64,000 nt of DNA, taken from contig CAYVXX010000002.1 of NCBI GenBank assembly GCA_964454305.1, positions 11,719-75,718 of the forward strand, given 5' to 3'. Every line of letters starts with the position of its first letter. The first letter of the stretch is position 1. Position numbers and translations under genes: made by a program. Below are positions 9,415-19,395 of this stretch, piece after piece. The notes under the pieces were generated by a model that did no database searches, was not told the DNA's origin, and saw only the letters and a program-made list of their open reading frames with translations. The stretch comes from an uncultured Syntrophales bacterium. Lineage in GTDB: Bacteria > Desulfobacterota > Syntrophia > Syntrophales > JADFWA01.

Positions 9415-9936
9415 ATGATTGAAAGCAACTACGGTGGTTTCTGGCAGAGAGGAGTCGCATTTCTCATAGACAAAACGATCCTCTTTTTTATATCCCTGAT
9501 ACTCTTCTTTATAGGAATTCTGGCCATGAGTTTGGGCTTTCAGTCTGGCGGCGACATGCTTTCAATCGAGACATTTACAAAACTAACCTCCAATTTCATA
9601 ATTTCCTATTGCACAATGACTCTATTATTAAATGCTATATACTTTACATGTTTTCACGGTACAACCGGCCAGACACTTGGGAAAAAAATCTTCGGTCTCA
9701 AGGTAGTACAAAAAACAGGGGAACCGATGACTATGGGAATAGCCTTTTTGAGATGGGTGGGATACCTTATCTCCGCCCTGATATTGTACCTCGGTTTTAT
9801 CTGGATAGCCTTTGACAGAAGAAAACAGGGATGGCATGACAAGATTGCAGGAACCTGCGTCATCAAAATAAACCCTGTCAAAAACGCCTTGACAAATGCA
9901 GGGAGATTGGATAGAAGCCAGATGATTCATAAATAG
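9415..9936 (+). CDS. RDD family membrane protein
   Basis: Motifs WQRGVAFLIDK, GQTLGKKIFGLKVV and GWHDKIAGT, with three predicted TM segments. Confidence 0.7.
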   Translation: MIESNYGGFWQRGVAFLIDKTILFFISLILFFIGILAMSLGFQSGGDMLSIETFTKLTSNFIISYCTMTLLLNAIYFTCFHGTTGQTLGKKIFGLKVVQKTGEPMTMGIAFLRWVGYLISALILYLGFIWIAFDRRKQGWHDKIAGTCVIKINPVKNALTNAGRLDRSQMIHK

Positions 9937-9942
9937 GTTTAT

Positions 9943-10018
9943 GGGTCGGTAGCTCAGTCGGTAGAGCACCGGACTGAAAATCCGGGTGTCGGCAGTTCAA
10001 TTCTGCCCTGACCCACCA
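9943..10018 (+). tRNA. tRNA-Phe (anticodon GAA)
   Basis: Hand-folded cloverleaf: GGGTCGG TA GCTC AGTCGGTA GAGC A CCGGA CTGAAAA TCCGG GTGTC GGCAG TTCAATT CTGCC CTGACCC A CCA. It is 76 nt with an encoded CCA. Confidence 0.9.
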
Positions 10019-10028
10019 TGAAAGCGAA

Positions 10029-10060
10029 AGAGCTATGTCATTGAACATAGCTCTTTTTTG
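10029..10060 (+). terminator. Rho-independent terminator after tRNA-Phe
   Basis: Perfect 10-bp stem AGAGCTATGT / ACATAGCTCT, 6-nt loop, followed by TTTTTT. Confidence 0.8.
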
Positions 10061-10176
10061 TGGAATTTTATACTGAAATAATGTTAGCATTATTACTCAA
10101 TGGACAGATGTGTTACTTACGTTTCACAGTTCTGAACCTCTAACAATAATTTTCTCGTTAATGTATGGGTGTTTAC

Positions 10177-11496
10177 ATGAAAAAACATTTTAGGAAAAGT
10201 CTCCCTTTTTTAATATTCCTGGCAAGTTTTTTAGTCCTGCTCTTTCTGCCGGGGTACTTTGGCAACAACCAGGTTTCTGCAATAGACAAAGATACTTACG
10301 AGAATTTGAAGGTGTTCAATCAGGTTCTCGATATGATCGAGAAGAACTACGTAGAGGAGGTTGAACAAAAGACCCTTATTCAGGGAGCCATAAAGGGAAT
10401 GGTAAAAACCCTCGATCCTCACAGCACTTTCATGAGTGCCGATATGTACAAAGAGTTGCAGGTAGAAACGAAGGGAAGTTTTGGTGGACTTGGCATTGTG
10501 ATAACAATAAAGAATGATGTTCTCACGGTGGTATCCCCTATTGAGGATACCCCTGCCTTTCTTGCAGGTATCAAGGCCGGCGACCAGATTATCAAGATCA
10601 ATGACAAATCTACCAAGGGTATTACCATTATGGAAGCAGTCAAAAAACTACGGGGGCCTAAAAACACAAAGGTAACTATCACTGTCATGCGGGAAGATAT
10701 GAAACAACCGAAGGATTTCACAATCACCCGCGCGATCATAGAGATAAAGAGCGTCAAGTACAAGATATATGGCGACATCGGTTATATCAGGATACTGGCA
10801 TTTCAGGGAAAAACGGCAGATGATCTCAAAAACGCCATCGAGGAAATCAATAAAAAAACAGTTCCGCTGAAGGGACTGGTACTGGATCTGAGAAACAATC
10901 CGGGAGGTCTTCTCGATCAAGCAGTAAAAATCTCCGACATATTCATCAAATCGGGGGTTATCGTCTCCACAAAAGGGAGGATAAAAAGTGTCGATGAAAC
11001 GTATACTGCTAAAAATGATGGAAATGAGCCGGTTGTTCCGATGATTGCCCTGGTTAATGAAGGTACAGCCAGCGCAGCCGAGATTGTATCGGGCGCACTT
11101 CAGGACAATGGTAAAGCCATAATACTCGGCACCCAGACATTTGGAAAGGGTTCCGTACAGACGGTTATTCCACTCGAGAACGGTGCGGCACTGAAATTGA
11201 CCACTGCAAAATACTACACACCAAAGGGAAAATCCATTCAGGCTGAAGGTATTACCCCCGATATAGTAGTGAAATATATAAATCCTCCTGATGAGAAGGA
11301 ATCTATTGATACATCTATGGGAATGAGAGAAAAGGACCTCAAGGGACACATAAAAGGAACAAATGAAACATCAAAAGAAGCTAAAGAGGTTTCAATAAAA
11401 AAAGCTCACGACGACTTAAAGATGGATAATCAGCTGAAAAGTGCCATTGATCTTTTAAAAAGCTGGGAGATATTTGAAGATAGAAATAAGGGTTAA
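10177..11496 (+). CDS. ctpA: Carboxy-terminal processing peptidase (S41 family) with PDZ domain
   Basis: GGLGI PDZ motif, nucleophile region NEGTASAAEI, and TFGKGSVQ. The start is placed at MKKHFRK (10177); the track ORF begins at 10165. Confidence 0.85.
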   Translation: MKKHFRKSLPFLIFLASFLVLLFLPGYFGNNQVSAIDKDTYENLKVFNQVLDMIEKNYVEEVEQKTLIQGAIKGMVKTLDPHSTFMSADMYKELQVETKGSFGGLGIVITIKNDVLTVVSPIEDTPAFLAGIKAGDQIIKINDKSTKGITIMEAVKKLRGPKNTKVTITVMREDMKQPKDFTITRAIIEIKSVKYKIYGDIGYIRILAFQGKTADDLKNAIEEINKKTVPLKGLVLDLRNNPGGLLDQAVKISDIFIKSGVIVSTKGRIKSVDETYTAKNDGNEPVVPMIALVNEGTASAAEIVSGALQDNGKAIILGTQTFGKGSVQTVIPLENGAALKLTTAKYYTPKGKSIQAEGITPDIVVKYINPPDEKESIDTSMGMREKDLKGHIKGTNETSKEAKEVSIKKAHDDLKMDNQLKSAIDLLKSWEIFEDRNKG

Positions 11497-11511
11497 GTTC
11501 CGGTAGGCGGG

Positions 11512-12378
11512 GTGAAAAAGAAAAGTAAAAGGGGGAATTCAACATTCAGGCGGATTTTAATCGGATTCGGCATATTCATATTGTTTGTTGCAACAGTTTC
11601 AATTGTTTGTATATCGAACATTAAAACAGTCAAAAAGACTATCAAAAAAGAAAACGTACGAAAATATCACTCTAAAATTAACGGCAGCAAGCAAGTTGTT
11701 CCATCTTCTAAAAGGCAGAAAATAGCCTTCATCATAGACGATATCGGATATGATTTGTCACCGTTGAATGAACTTCTTAAAATTAATGCCCCGATTACTT
11801 TCTCCATCCTCCCCTATAGTCCTTATTCTATTGATGCGGCAGAAAAACTACATCGCGCAGGTAAAGAAATTCTCCTCCACCTTCCCATGGAGCCTTATGG
11901 TTATCCCGACAAAGACCCCGGTATCGGGGCACTTTTTTTATGGATGAACGAAGAAGAGATAAAAACTCAGATCAAAAAAGATATCGAAGCCGTACCATAT
12001 ATATCCGGAGTTAATAATCATATGGGTTCACGGTTTATGGAAAACGAAGACAAACTGAGCATTGTTTTGAACCAGCTCAATGAAGAGGGCCTTTTCTTTG
12101 TGGACAGCCTAACCACCAAACATTCAAAGGGCAAGAAACTTGCTAAGGGAATGGGGCTCAGATTTGCGTCGAGAGATATATTTATTGATAACAATCAGGA
12201 CTTTACTATTATTCTTCAAAAGTTTATAAGTCCTTTAAAGAAACGTAACCGATGGAAGACTCTATTAATTATCTGTCATCCCTATCCAAGTACAATTTCG
12301 GCACTTAAAGATGCTGTCCCTAAGATTAAAGCAGAGGGGATTAATATAGTCCCGGTATCAGATTTAACAAGCAATTAA
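11512..12378 (+). CDS. Divergent polysaccharide deacetylase family protein (YibQ-like)
   Basis: N-terminal TM segment, IAFIIDDIGYD motif and HLPMEP. GTG start. Confidence 0.7.
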   Translation: MKKKSKRGNSTFRRILIGFGIFILFVATVSIVCISNIKTVKKTIKKENVRKYHSKINGSKQVVPSSKRQKIAFIIDDIGYDLSPLNELLKINAPITFSILPYSPYSIDAAEKLHRAGKEILLHLPMEPYGYPDKDPGIGALFLWMNEEEIKTQIKKDIEAVPYISGVNNHMGSRFMENEDKLSIVLNQLNEEGLFFVDSLTTKHSKGKKLAKGMGLRFASRDIFIDNNQDFTIILQKFISPLKKRNRWKTLLIICHPYPSTISALKDAVPKIKAEGINIVPVSDLTSN

Positions 12379-12401
12379 TTTTTTATATGTACTCAGATTC
12401 T

Positions 12402-14120
12402 ATGAAAAAACTCTTTTGTATAGTCCTTCTATTACCGCTGATTGCATGCGCCGTTACTGCCGACCATCGTGAAGACCAGGCAACCCTTCCTCAAATGGAA
12501 AAATCTTCATTTAACGCCCTCTATCACTACTCCATTGGAGTACAGCTTGCCCTCGAGGGCCATTTAGATGAAGCCACAAAAGAATACAGGAAAACCCTCA
12601 GTTTTGACCCCACCTCTCCCTACCTGGCGGTAGAACTTGCCACCCTGTACACCAAAATGGGTAAGGTGAATAAAGCTATAGAAATATGCGAAAAATCCCT
12701 TATTTATAATCCCGGTTACTTAGATATCCATCTTCTGCTGGGCGGGTTATACCTAAACCTGAAGGAATACGAAAACGCAGAAAGAGAATTTAAAAAAGTA
12801 ATAGCTTTAGATAAGAAACGTCTTGACCCCTATCTCTATCTCGGGGCCATCTATTCGGAAAATAAAGAATACGAAAAGGCAATCGAGATATTAAAGGGGA
12901 TGCTTAAGATCAATCCCTCCAATCTTATGGGCAACTATTACCTTGCAAAGACATATGCCGAAATGAAATTGTATGGGAAGGCTGAAAAATGGTTCAAAAA
13001 AACCCTCACTATAAAACCTGATTTTGAATCGGCATTGATGGAACTGGGATACGTTTATGAAATTCAAAAAAAGAACAGCTGTGCAATAGAAATCTATAGC
13101 ACTTTAATCAACTTCTACCCGAATAGAATTAATGTGAGGGTCAGGCTGGGAAAACTTTTCTTAAGAGAAGGAAAATATGATAAAGCCGTAAAAGAGCTTG
13201 AAAATACTTTGAAGTTAGATAGTTCAAACAGAGAAGTGAGATTGTCGCTGGGGCTTGTTTATTTTGAGTGGAAAAAATATGACAGAGCCATTAAGGAGTT
13301 TTTAGCTCTCCTCAAGAAATCCCCGCTCGACCATCGTGTAAGATATCTTCTGGCATCGGCCTATGAAGAAAAGAAGCGGTATAGTACTGCCATCAAAGAA
13401 TTCAAAGAAATCCCGGCAGGGTCGGATCTCTATGGAAGTGCCCGAATTCATGTCGGGACGATTTTGAAAAAAGAGGGGAAAACCGCCGAAGCCATAGAAC
13501 TAATCAAGAAAGCAATTGATGAAAAAAGAAAAGACGGCATCCTGTATGGTTTTCTTGCATATCTTTATCAGGAAAATAAAAATCTCCAGGATGCAGCAAA
13601 AACGTTAGAAGAGGGACTCCGGGGCTCTCCCCAGAGTATTGACCTTCATTACAGGCTTGGTGTCCTTTTCGAGCAAATGAATAGAACCAATGACAGCATT
13701 GCCGAGATGGAGAAGATCCTTAAAATTGACCCGGAGAGTGCAGAGGCGCTCAATTTCATAGGTTACAGTTATGCCGACAGAGGCATAAATCTCAATAAAG
13801 CCGAAAAGATGATACAAAAGGCCCTCAAGCTGAAGACAGGTGATGGATATATTACAGACAGCCTCGGCTGGGTATATTTCAAGAAAAACAATTTGAAGTT
13901 AGCCATAAAATATCTGAAAAAGGCATCGGACTCCCTGCCCAACGATCCAACAATCGCTGAGCACCTCGGAGATGCCTATGCGAAGGCTGGTCGGTTCAAG
14001 GATGCCCTCAAGACGTACAGACGAGCGCTGAAGCTAAAACCCGACGATAAAAGACTGCAAAAAAAGATAGATGAGATTATGAAGAAGTGCCTAAAGTTTG
14101 AAGTGCCTAAAGGGAGCTAA
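12402..14120 (+). CDS. TPR-repeat lipoprotein
   Basis: Lipobox LIAC and more than 10 TPR units throughout. The last ~11 codons and the stop lie inside a family-A repeat (see findings). Confidence 0.75.
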   Translation: MKKLFCIVLLLPLIACAVTADHREDQATLPQMEKSSFNALYHYSIGVQLALEGHLDEATKEYRKTLSFDPTSPYLAVELATLYTKMGKVNKAIEICEKSLIYNPGYLDIHLLLGGLYLNLKEYENAEREFKKVIALDKKRLDPYLYLGAIYSENKEYEKAIEILKGMLKINPSNLMGNYYLAKTYAEMKLYGKAEKWFKKTLTIKPDFESALMELGYVYEIQKKNSCAIEIYSTLINFYPNRINVRVRLGKLFLREGKYDKAVKELENTLKLDSSNREVRLSLGLVYFEWKKYDRAIKEFLALLKKSPLDHRVRYLLASAYEEKKRYSTAIKEFKEIPAGSDLYGSARIHVGTILKKEGKTAEAIELIKKAIDEKRKDGILYGFLAYLYQENKNLQDAAKTLEEGLRGSPQSIDLHYRLGVLFEQMNRTNDSIAEMEKILKIDPESAEALNFIGYSYADRGINLNKAEKMIQKALKLKTGDGYITDSLGWVYFKKNNLKLAIKYLKKASDSLPNDPTIAEHLGDAYAKAGRFKDALKTYRRALKLKPDDKRLQKKIDEIMKKCLKFEVPKGS

Positions 14121-14170
14121 AGTTGAAATGACCAAAATCCTTAACTTTAGGCACTTTAGTTCACTTTACG
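14087..14170. repeat. Family-A palindromic element, short variant
   Basis: Arms GTGCCTAAAGTTTGAAGTGCCTAAAGGGAGCTAAAGTT ... TTAACTTTAGGCACTTTAGTTCACTTTAC. The same arms occur at 29251-29397 and 61533-61670. Confidence 0.8.
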
Positions 14171-14211
14171 CTCCACTCTTTTTTAACTTTATCGCATTTC
14201 AGGAACTTTAG

Positions 14212-15003
14212 ATGAAAAAATATATCCTGACCATTTTATTTTTATTCCTCGTTCTTATCTTTTGCGGATGTACCCCCGCGAAGGTTGCGGTGCCATTCAG
14301 GGGACATGTTTTGCCTCCTGAAGATGTCCTGAAGAATATCTCCAGAACAAATAATTTAAGAGACACGCTAAAAGCCATTGCCCATATCGCTGTGGATACT
14401 CCCAAGGGAAAGCATTCAATGAAGGTAGCCCTGATTGTCAAAAGACCTTCATTTCTCAGGGTAGAAGCGATGCCTATAATCGGTCCTTCCGACCTTTTTC
14501 TGTCCATCAATGAAAATTCTTTGAAGGTATTTCTTCCGAAAGAAGGAAAGTTTTACGTCGGTCATGCTACCAGAAAAAACCTTGCCATGTTTTTCCCAAT
14601 AAACCTGAAGGCAGAAGATATTATATCAATACTTGTCGGCACACCCCCGCATATACAAGAACAAAACACCACTTTACGGGGACAGGTAGAAGGGGAACTT
14701 TACCGGATAGATGTTATGACTCAAGGCAAAAAGATCCAGTCACTCTGGGTAAACCCGGATGGTAATCTGGTCAGAATCGAGGTTTTAGATAATGAAGGCA
14801 AGATTTCGTACACGGCAAGGCTTGAAGATCACCATAAGATCTGTGGAGCGTCCATTCCGGGAAAAGTAATAATTATAACTGGAAAACCTCGTAAATTAAA
14901 TGCCCGCATACGGTATTCAGATACTCGGCTCACACAGAATGTGAACCCTGCCATCTTCGATCTTGACATCCCGCCCGGCATAGAACCGATATTTATCGAT
15001 TGA
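14212..15003 (+). CDS. Lipoprotein, LolB-like / DUF4292-like
   Basis: Lipobox FCGC. Size and beta-rich composition resemble LolB/DUF4292 proteins. The functional call is weak. Confidence 0.4.
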   Translation: MKKYILTILFLFLVLIFCGCTPAKVAVPFRGHVLPPEDVLKNISRTNNLRDTLKAIAHIAVDTPKGKHSMKVALIVKRPSFLRVEAMPIIGPSDLFLSINENSLKVFLPKEGKFYVGHATRKNLAMFFPINLKAEDIISILVGTPPHIQEQNTTLRGQVEGELYRIDVMTQGKKIQSLWVNPDGNLVRIEVLDNEGKISYTARLEDHHKICGASIPGKVIIITGKPRKLNARIRYSDTRLTQNVNPAIFDLDIPPGIEPIFID

Positions 15004-15012
15004 TCTGTTTCT

Positions 15013-15828
15013 TTACTTGATATTAGTCAACTTTGCTCTTGCTATTTTTGCCTGGTTCGTATTGGGATAATCTTTTATAACCTGTTGCAAGAGAAGTTTA
15101 GCGCTTGATTTATCACCAAGTTTCAAAAAGGACTGCCCCTGCTTTAACAATGAATAAGACACCTTATTCCCACCGGGGTAGTTTTTGATGACCTTTTCAT
15201 ATTCGAGGATTGCCTTTTCATATTCCTTTTTAAAGAAGTAACATTCCCCGATCCAGAATTGGGCATTATCTGAATATTCCGTGTCTGGAAACAGTTTCAG
15301 GAATCTTTGAAACTGAACCCTTGCCCCGTCGTATTTTCCCTCTTTAAAAGTTTTGTAAGCCGCCGAGTATGTCGCCTCTTTATCTACATTTTCCTTCGTT
15401 GTATCCTTTGGGGCAACACTCTCCTTTTCCTTCTTTTCACCATCTTGAAGAAGCTTATTTTTTTCTCCTATTCCGAGGAAATTTTCTATGTAATCTATTC
15501 TGAAGGAGATTTCACTCAACTGTTTCCTCGTTGCCACACCAGAATCGTTACCTTTACGGATAGTCTGGACATCTCTATTCAATTCTTCGACAATTCCCCT
15601 GAACTTTTGAACTTCGTCTCTCAGACCAGTCATGTCGGCAGATATATCCGCCTGCTCTTTCCGTAAAGGTTTGTTTGACTCAACACTCTCTTTCACTTCC
15701 TTTTGCAGATCAAGTATTTCCCCTCTAAGATTGTGTTGAACCTTCTTCAAATCCTGATTCGTAGCACAGCCAATGGATACAATAAAGAATGCAAGAAGAA
15801 GAAATATATGTTTTTTCAATAGGAACAA
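15013..15828 (-). CDS. ybgF: Tol-Pal system protein YbgF/CpoB (coiled coil + TPR)
   Basis: Lipobox/signal, an N-terminal coiled coil, and C-terminal TPR (YSAAYKTFKEGKYDGA...AQFWIGECYF...). It lies downstream of pal. TTG start. Confidence 0.75.
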   Translation of the reverse strand: MFLLKKHIFLLLAFFIVSIGCATNQDLKKVQHNLRGEILDLQKEVKESVESNKPLRKEQADISADMTGLRDEVQKFRGIVEELNRDVQTIRKGNDSGVATRKQLSEISFRIDYIENFLGIGEKNKLLQDGEKKEKESVAPKDTTKENVDKEATYSAAYKTFKEGKYDGARVQFQRFLKLFPDTEYSDNAQFWIGECYFFKKEYEKAILEYEKVIKNYPGGNKVSYSLLKQGQSFLKLGDKSSAKLLLQQVIKDYPNTNQAKIARAKLTNIK

Positions 15829-16105
15829 CCTTCCCTGTTTTAATCTAACCTTTTAGTCGCTAAGTTCTAAGCAAGAACTTTGAAAATATGGTTTTTCGAC
15901 AGTCAGAATATTTTACCGAAATAAATTAAATATAAGTCTCGGTTTCTGCCACTCCATGGCCCGCTTCCCCAAAAATGAATCCTTTACTGCAATTTATTTC
16001 AGTAAAGACAAATGCTAAAGGAAGTGAGCTATTTTATGTATTTTCAAGGCTTACGATTCGCGCCAGGATCTTTAATTTTCGGGTTCTGTCAGCTAAGCCA
16101 TTATG

Positions 16106-16657
16106 TTACCTTTTCGGAGTAACAACAAAATGGGCTCGCCTGTTCCTCGCCCAGCCTTCCTCATTATGCCTCGGATCTAAAGGAAGTTCCTCACCGTAAC
16201 TTATAGTGGTCAGTCTGTTCTTGTTTACACCAAGGTTAACCAAATACTCCATGGCACTCGCTGCCCGTCTTTCCCCTAAGGCCAGATTATATTCGTTGGT
16301 TCCTCTTTCATCACAATGCCCCTCGATGACAACACTAAAATCCGGGTATTCAAGAAGCCAGTCAGCATGCTGCCGGAGTATTTCTCTTGCTCGAGGTTTG
16401 AGATTAAATTGATCTAAGTCAAAATTCACATCTTCAAACCGGGAAGCCTCTCTTTCTGCAAGCGCCTTTTGTTTCAAAGCTGCTTCTCTCTCCTTCTGCA
16501 GTTCAGCTTCCGAAGGTTGTATCGCCGCTGGTCCTTTTTCAGTTGCGACCATCTCTCCTTTTACAACCTCTTTCTTCGCACAGCCAGTAACAAAGATTAC
16601 TGAAAGACCTAAAATCAACACAAAGATTATTCCCATAATTGTCAATGTTCTTTTCAT
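16106..16657 (-). CDS. pal: Peptidoglycan-associated lipoprotein
   Basis: Lipobox VTGC and OmpA-like motif IEGHCDERGTNEYNLALGERRA. The start is placed at MKRTL; the track ORF extends to 16666. Confidence 0.9.
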   Translation of the reverse strand: MKRTLTIMGIIFVLILGLSVIFVTGCAKKEVVKGEMVATEKGPAAIQPSEAELQKEREAALKQKALAEREASRFEDVNFDLDQFNLKPRAREILRQHADWLLEYPDFSVVIEGHCDERGTNEYNLALGERRAASAMEYLVNLGVNKNRLTTISYGEELPLDPRHNEEGWARNRRAHFVVTPKR

Positions 16658-16829
16658 AGCGACCATTCCCTCCTTCCAATAATTGACGCATTGATACGCC
16701 TGCTAACATTTTATGTCAATCTACACTATCTGATCTGGAAATGGAATTTCCTTATCTGAGCGAATCCGCCGATGGGAAAACATCCGTTTCCACACGGAAT
16801 CTATTTAAAGCATAATACCATGGCTTTGG

Positions 16830-18155
16830 TCAATATAAATTTAGGCGGGGAGACCAAGATGGACAACTGTGAATATGCACACCCTCATGCAATATTCTCA
16901 TATTTGAACCGTTAGAATTTATAATGCATATTCCGAATTTTCCGTTCTTCTTCGAACTGAATGCCAGATATCTTCCATCGGGAGACCAGGATGGAGATTC
17001 GTTCCATCCATCGGAGGTAACTTGTAGGACATTGTTTCCTTCCCTATCAATGGAAAATATCTGGAAGGAACCGTTTGTCACACCTTCATATGCTATTCGG
17101 TTGCCTCTCGGTGACCAGGAAGGAGAGGTGTTATAGCGGCCTTCATAAGTGAGCCTTCTAATATTATTCCCATTAGCATCCATCAGGTATATCTGTGGAG
17201 AACCGGAGCGGTTCGACACAAAGGCTATCTTTTGGCCATCAGGTGACCAGGCGGGGGATATGTCTATGGCAGGATTACGAGTGAGGCGCTCGAGTTTATT
17301 ATTCTCAATGTCCAGTACATATATCTCTTCATTACCATTCTTACTCAGGGTAAGTAAAATCTTACTGCCATCCGGCGACCAAGGGGCAGAGAGATTGAGT
17401 CCTGCAAAACTGGAGATTCTTTTCGCAGTTCTTTTGGCCATATCCATAATATAGAGATCAGGATTCCCCCTTCCGTATGAAGTAAAGGAAATCGCCTTGC
17501 CATCAGGAGACCAGTAAGGTGAAAGTGTAATAGATCGGTAGTCGGTAATTCTAACCAACTCCGATCCGTCAAAATTTACTGTATAAATATCTGATGTTTT
17601 ACCCCTCTTCAAGACAAAGGCTATTTTTGTGTCAAATATTCCTCTCTCGCCTGTAAGAGCAAGGAGAATTTCACTGGCAAATTTGACAACCATTAACTCT
17701 CTATCCTCGATTTTCCCCCAGTATTTCCTTCCAACTATCAGTTTGCCGTGAATAACATCAAAGAGGCGAAATTCCGCGGAGAGTTCTTCACCATCGTATT
17801 GATACCCTCCCTTTACCAGGGTCTCGGCACCAATATTTGTCCAATCGGGAAACCGTATGCTCTCGGCTGTAATTCCTGCCTGATCCGGATCTTCAAGAAA
17901 AGTTTTTTTGCTAATTACACGGAAGAATCCCGTGAGTTTCAATTTCTCTGTAAGGGCTTCTGAAAACCAGACAGAAAGATTTTCTTTATCCCCGTTACCA
18001 CTCAATTTTTTGAAATCCTGAATTGCTATGGGAAATTTTTGAAAGGCAGGAGAATCTATGTCTATATATACCTTGCCTAAGGCGACATGATTCACCCCGA
18101 AGATCAGTAAAATTATACCTGATAATGTGATTGCATACAGCTTTATTCGACGCAC
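16830..18155 (-). CDS. tolB: Tol-Pal system beta-propeller protein TolB
   Basis: Repeated SP.WSPDG blades and a TolB N-domain. Confidence 0.9.
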   Translation of the reverse strand: MRRIKLYAITLSGIILLIFGVNHVALGKVYIDIDSPAFQKFPIAIQDFKKLSGNGDKENLSVWFSEALTEKLKLTGFFRVISKKTFLEDPDQAGITAESIRFPDWTNIGAETLVKGGYQYDGEELSAEFRLFDVIHGKLIVGRKYWGKIEDRELMVVKFASEILLALTGERGIFDTKIAFVLKRGKTSDIYTVNFDGSELVRITDYRSITLSPYWSPDGKAISFTSYGRGNPDLYIMDMAKRTAKRISSFAGLNLSAPWSPDGSKILLTLSKNGNEEIYVLDIENNKLERLTRNPAIDISPAWSPDGQKIAFVSNRSGSPQIYLMDANGNNIRRLTYEGRYNTSPSWSPRGNRIAYEGVTNGSFQIFSIDREGNNVLQVTSDGWNESPSWSPDGRYLAFSSKKNGKFGICIINSNGSNMRILHEGVHIHSCPSWSPRLNLY

Positions 18156-18265
18156 TCTATCTCCCTTAAAATCCTCCTCAGTCCCCCTTTTATAAAAGGG
18201 AAAACTCCCTCTCCTTCTTTTTTCCCCCTTTCCTAAAGGGGGTTTGGGGAAATTTTACCTGAAGT

Positions 18266-18967
18266 CTATCGCAGTTCTGATGAGTGAAACCTTATTCCAA
18301 TCTCGATGCTTTCTTCCTTTATCCATTCCGGCAATGGAGGGAAAGGACTCGCCTTTTTAATTGCCCTCATGGCGGATTCATCAAAATACCTATTTCCGGA
18401 TCGCTTTTCAAAACTAAGATTGGTAACCGCACCACCTTTTAAAATCTTTGCGCCAATAACGGATTCAATATTCTCACCAGGCAATATACCCTCGGGAAGT
18501 GCCCATTTCCCTTTTATCTTGGACCAGATAATAGAGTAATATACCCTCATTTTCATGCTCACTTCAACGGTTCCACTGGACATAGCCGATGAAGCCTGAA
18601 CCTTTTTCCTTAAATTCTCTATTGCACGGTCAACTTTCATCATGCTTTTTTTCCGTGTAGTAATCCTCTCAATCGGGAGGGGTGAGTCTTTTTTGACATC
18701 TTTTCTCAGTACAATCGATCCCCTGGAATCTATCTCGACAACTTCATCTGAAATTGAGGTAACGGGCTTTCCCCCCACAATATATGATGGGAGACTTACC
18801 AGATTAACAGAATAGACCGGGCCAAAAGTCCATCTCGGGGAAGGCATTGAAGGCGATAAAAATATAATGGAAAGGAGAAGGGCGTGAAGCAAAAAAGAAA
18901 GAAGAATCATACTGTTCAGACTGATACCATCGTCACTTCCCCTCTTTATCCTGATGAGAGGCGTCAT
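18266..18967 (-). CDS. tolA: TolA-like / TonB C-terminal domain energy transducer
   Basis: One N-terminal TM segment and a TonB_C-like C-terminus (...NLSFEKRSGNRYFDESAMRAIKKASPFPPLP). It lies between tolR and tolB and overlaps tolR by 4 nt. Confidence 0.7.
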   Translation of the reverse strand: MTPLIRIKRGSDDGISLNSMILLSFLLHALLLSIIFLSPSMPSPRWTFGPVYSVNLVSLPSYIVGGKPVTSISDEVVEIDSRGSIVLRKDVKKDSPLPIERITTRKKSMMKVDRAIENLRKKVQASSAMSSGTVEVSMKMRVYYSIIWSKIKGKWALPEGILPGENIESVIGAKILKGGAVTNLSFEKRSGNRYFDESAMRAIKKASPFPPLPEWIKEESIEIGIRFHSSELR

Positions 18968-19395
18968 TTTGACTCCTTTGGTGGTTCAGTAATCATTCCT
19001 AACCTGTCAACACCCGCTTTTCTTACCTCAGACATAACCTGAACAACAAAACCGTAAGGAACATTCTTATCGGCACGCATAAAAATCTCTCTGTCTATTC
19101 TGTTTTCAAAGATGCCCTCTAATTTCAATCTGAGATCGGGAATAGCGGTTTTGTAATTGTTGATAAAAATCTCCTTTTTATCATTTATGGAAAGTATAAG
19201 TTTTTCCTCACTCACATCCATACCCCTTGCCTTCACCCGGGGAAGATTGACGTCTATTCCCATCTGTAGCATTGGAGCAGTAACCATAAAAATTATCAAA
19301 AGGACCATGAAAACGTCAACAAGCGGGGTTACGTTGATGTCAGATAAAGGTTTATTGCCATTGTCGGAATGGCCGCGATTTCTTGCGTATCTCAT
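18964..19395 (-). CDS. tolR: Biopolymer transport protein TolR/ExbD
   Basis: Motif INVTPLVDVFMVLLIIFMV. It overlaps tolQ by 4 nt. Confidence 0.85.
   Translation of the reverse strand: MRYARNRGHSDNGNKPLSDINVTPLVDVFMVLLIIFMVTAPMLQMGIDVNLPRVKARGMDVSEEKLILSINDKKEIFINNYKTAIPDLRLKLEGIFENRIDREIFMRADKNVPYGFVVQVMSEVRKAGVDRLGMITEPPKESK

Noticed and set aside
9878-10090. A 70-aa minus-strand ORF.
   Set aside because: It overlaps the tRNA-Phe gene and its terminator, so it is not coding.
10648-11349. A 233-aa minus-strand ORF within ctpA. Similar long antisense ORFs occur in tolQ (19507-20079), trpB (26378-27046), the cyclase (22023-22646), oadB (40532-41089) and the TAXI binding protein (36540-37037).
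   Set aside because: All lie opposite genes with strong family motifs. None has a recognisable motif, an RBS or an independent intergenic context.
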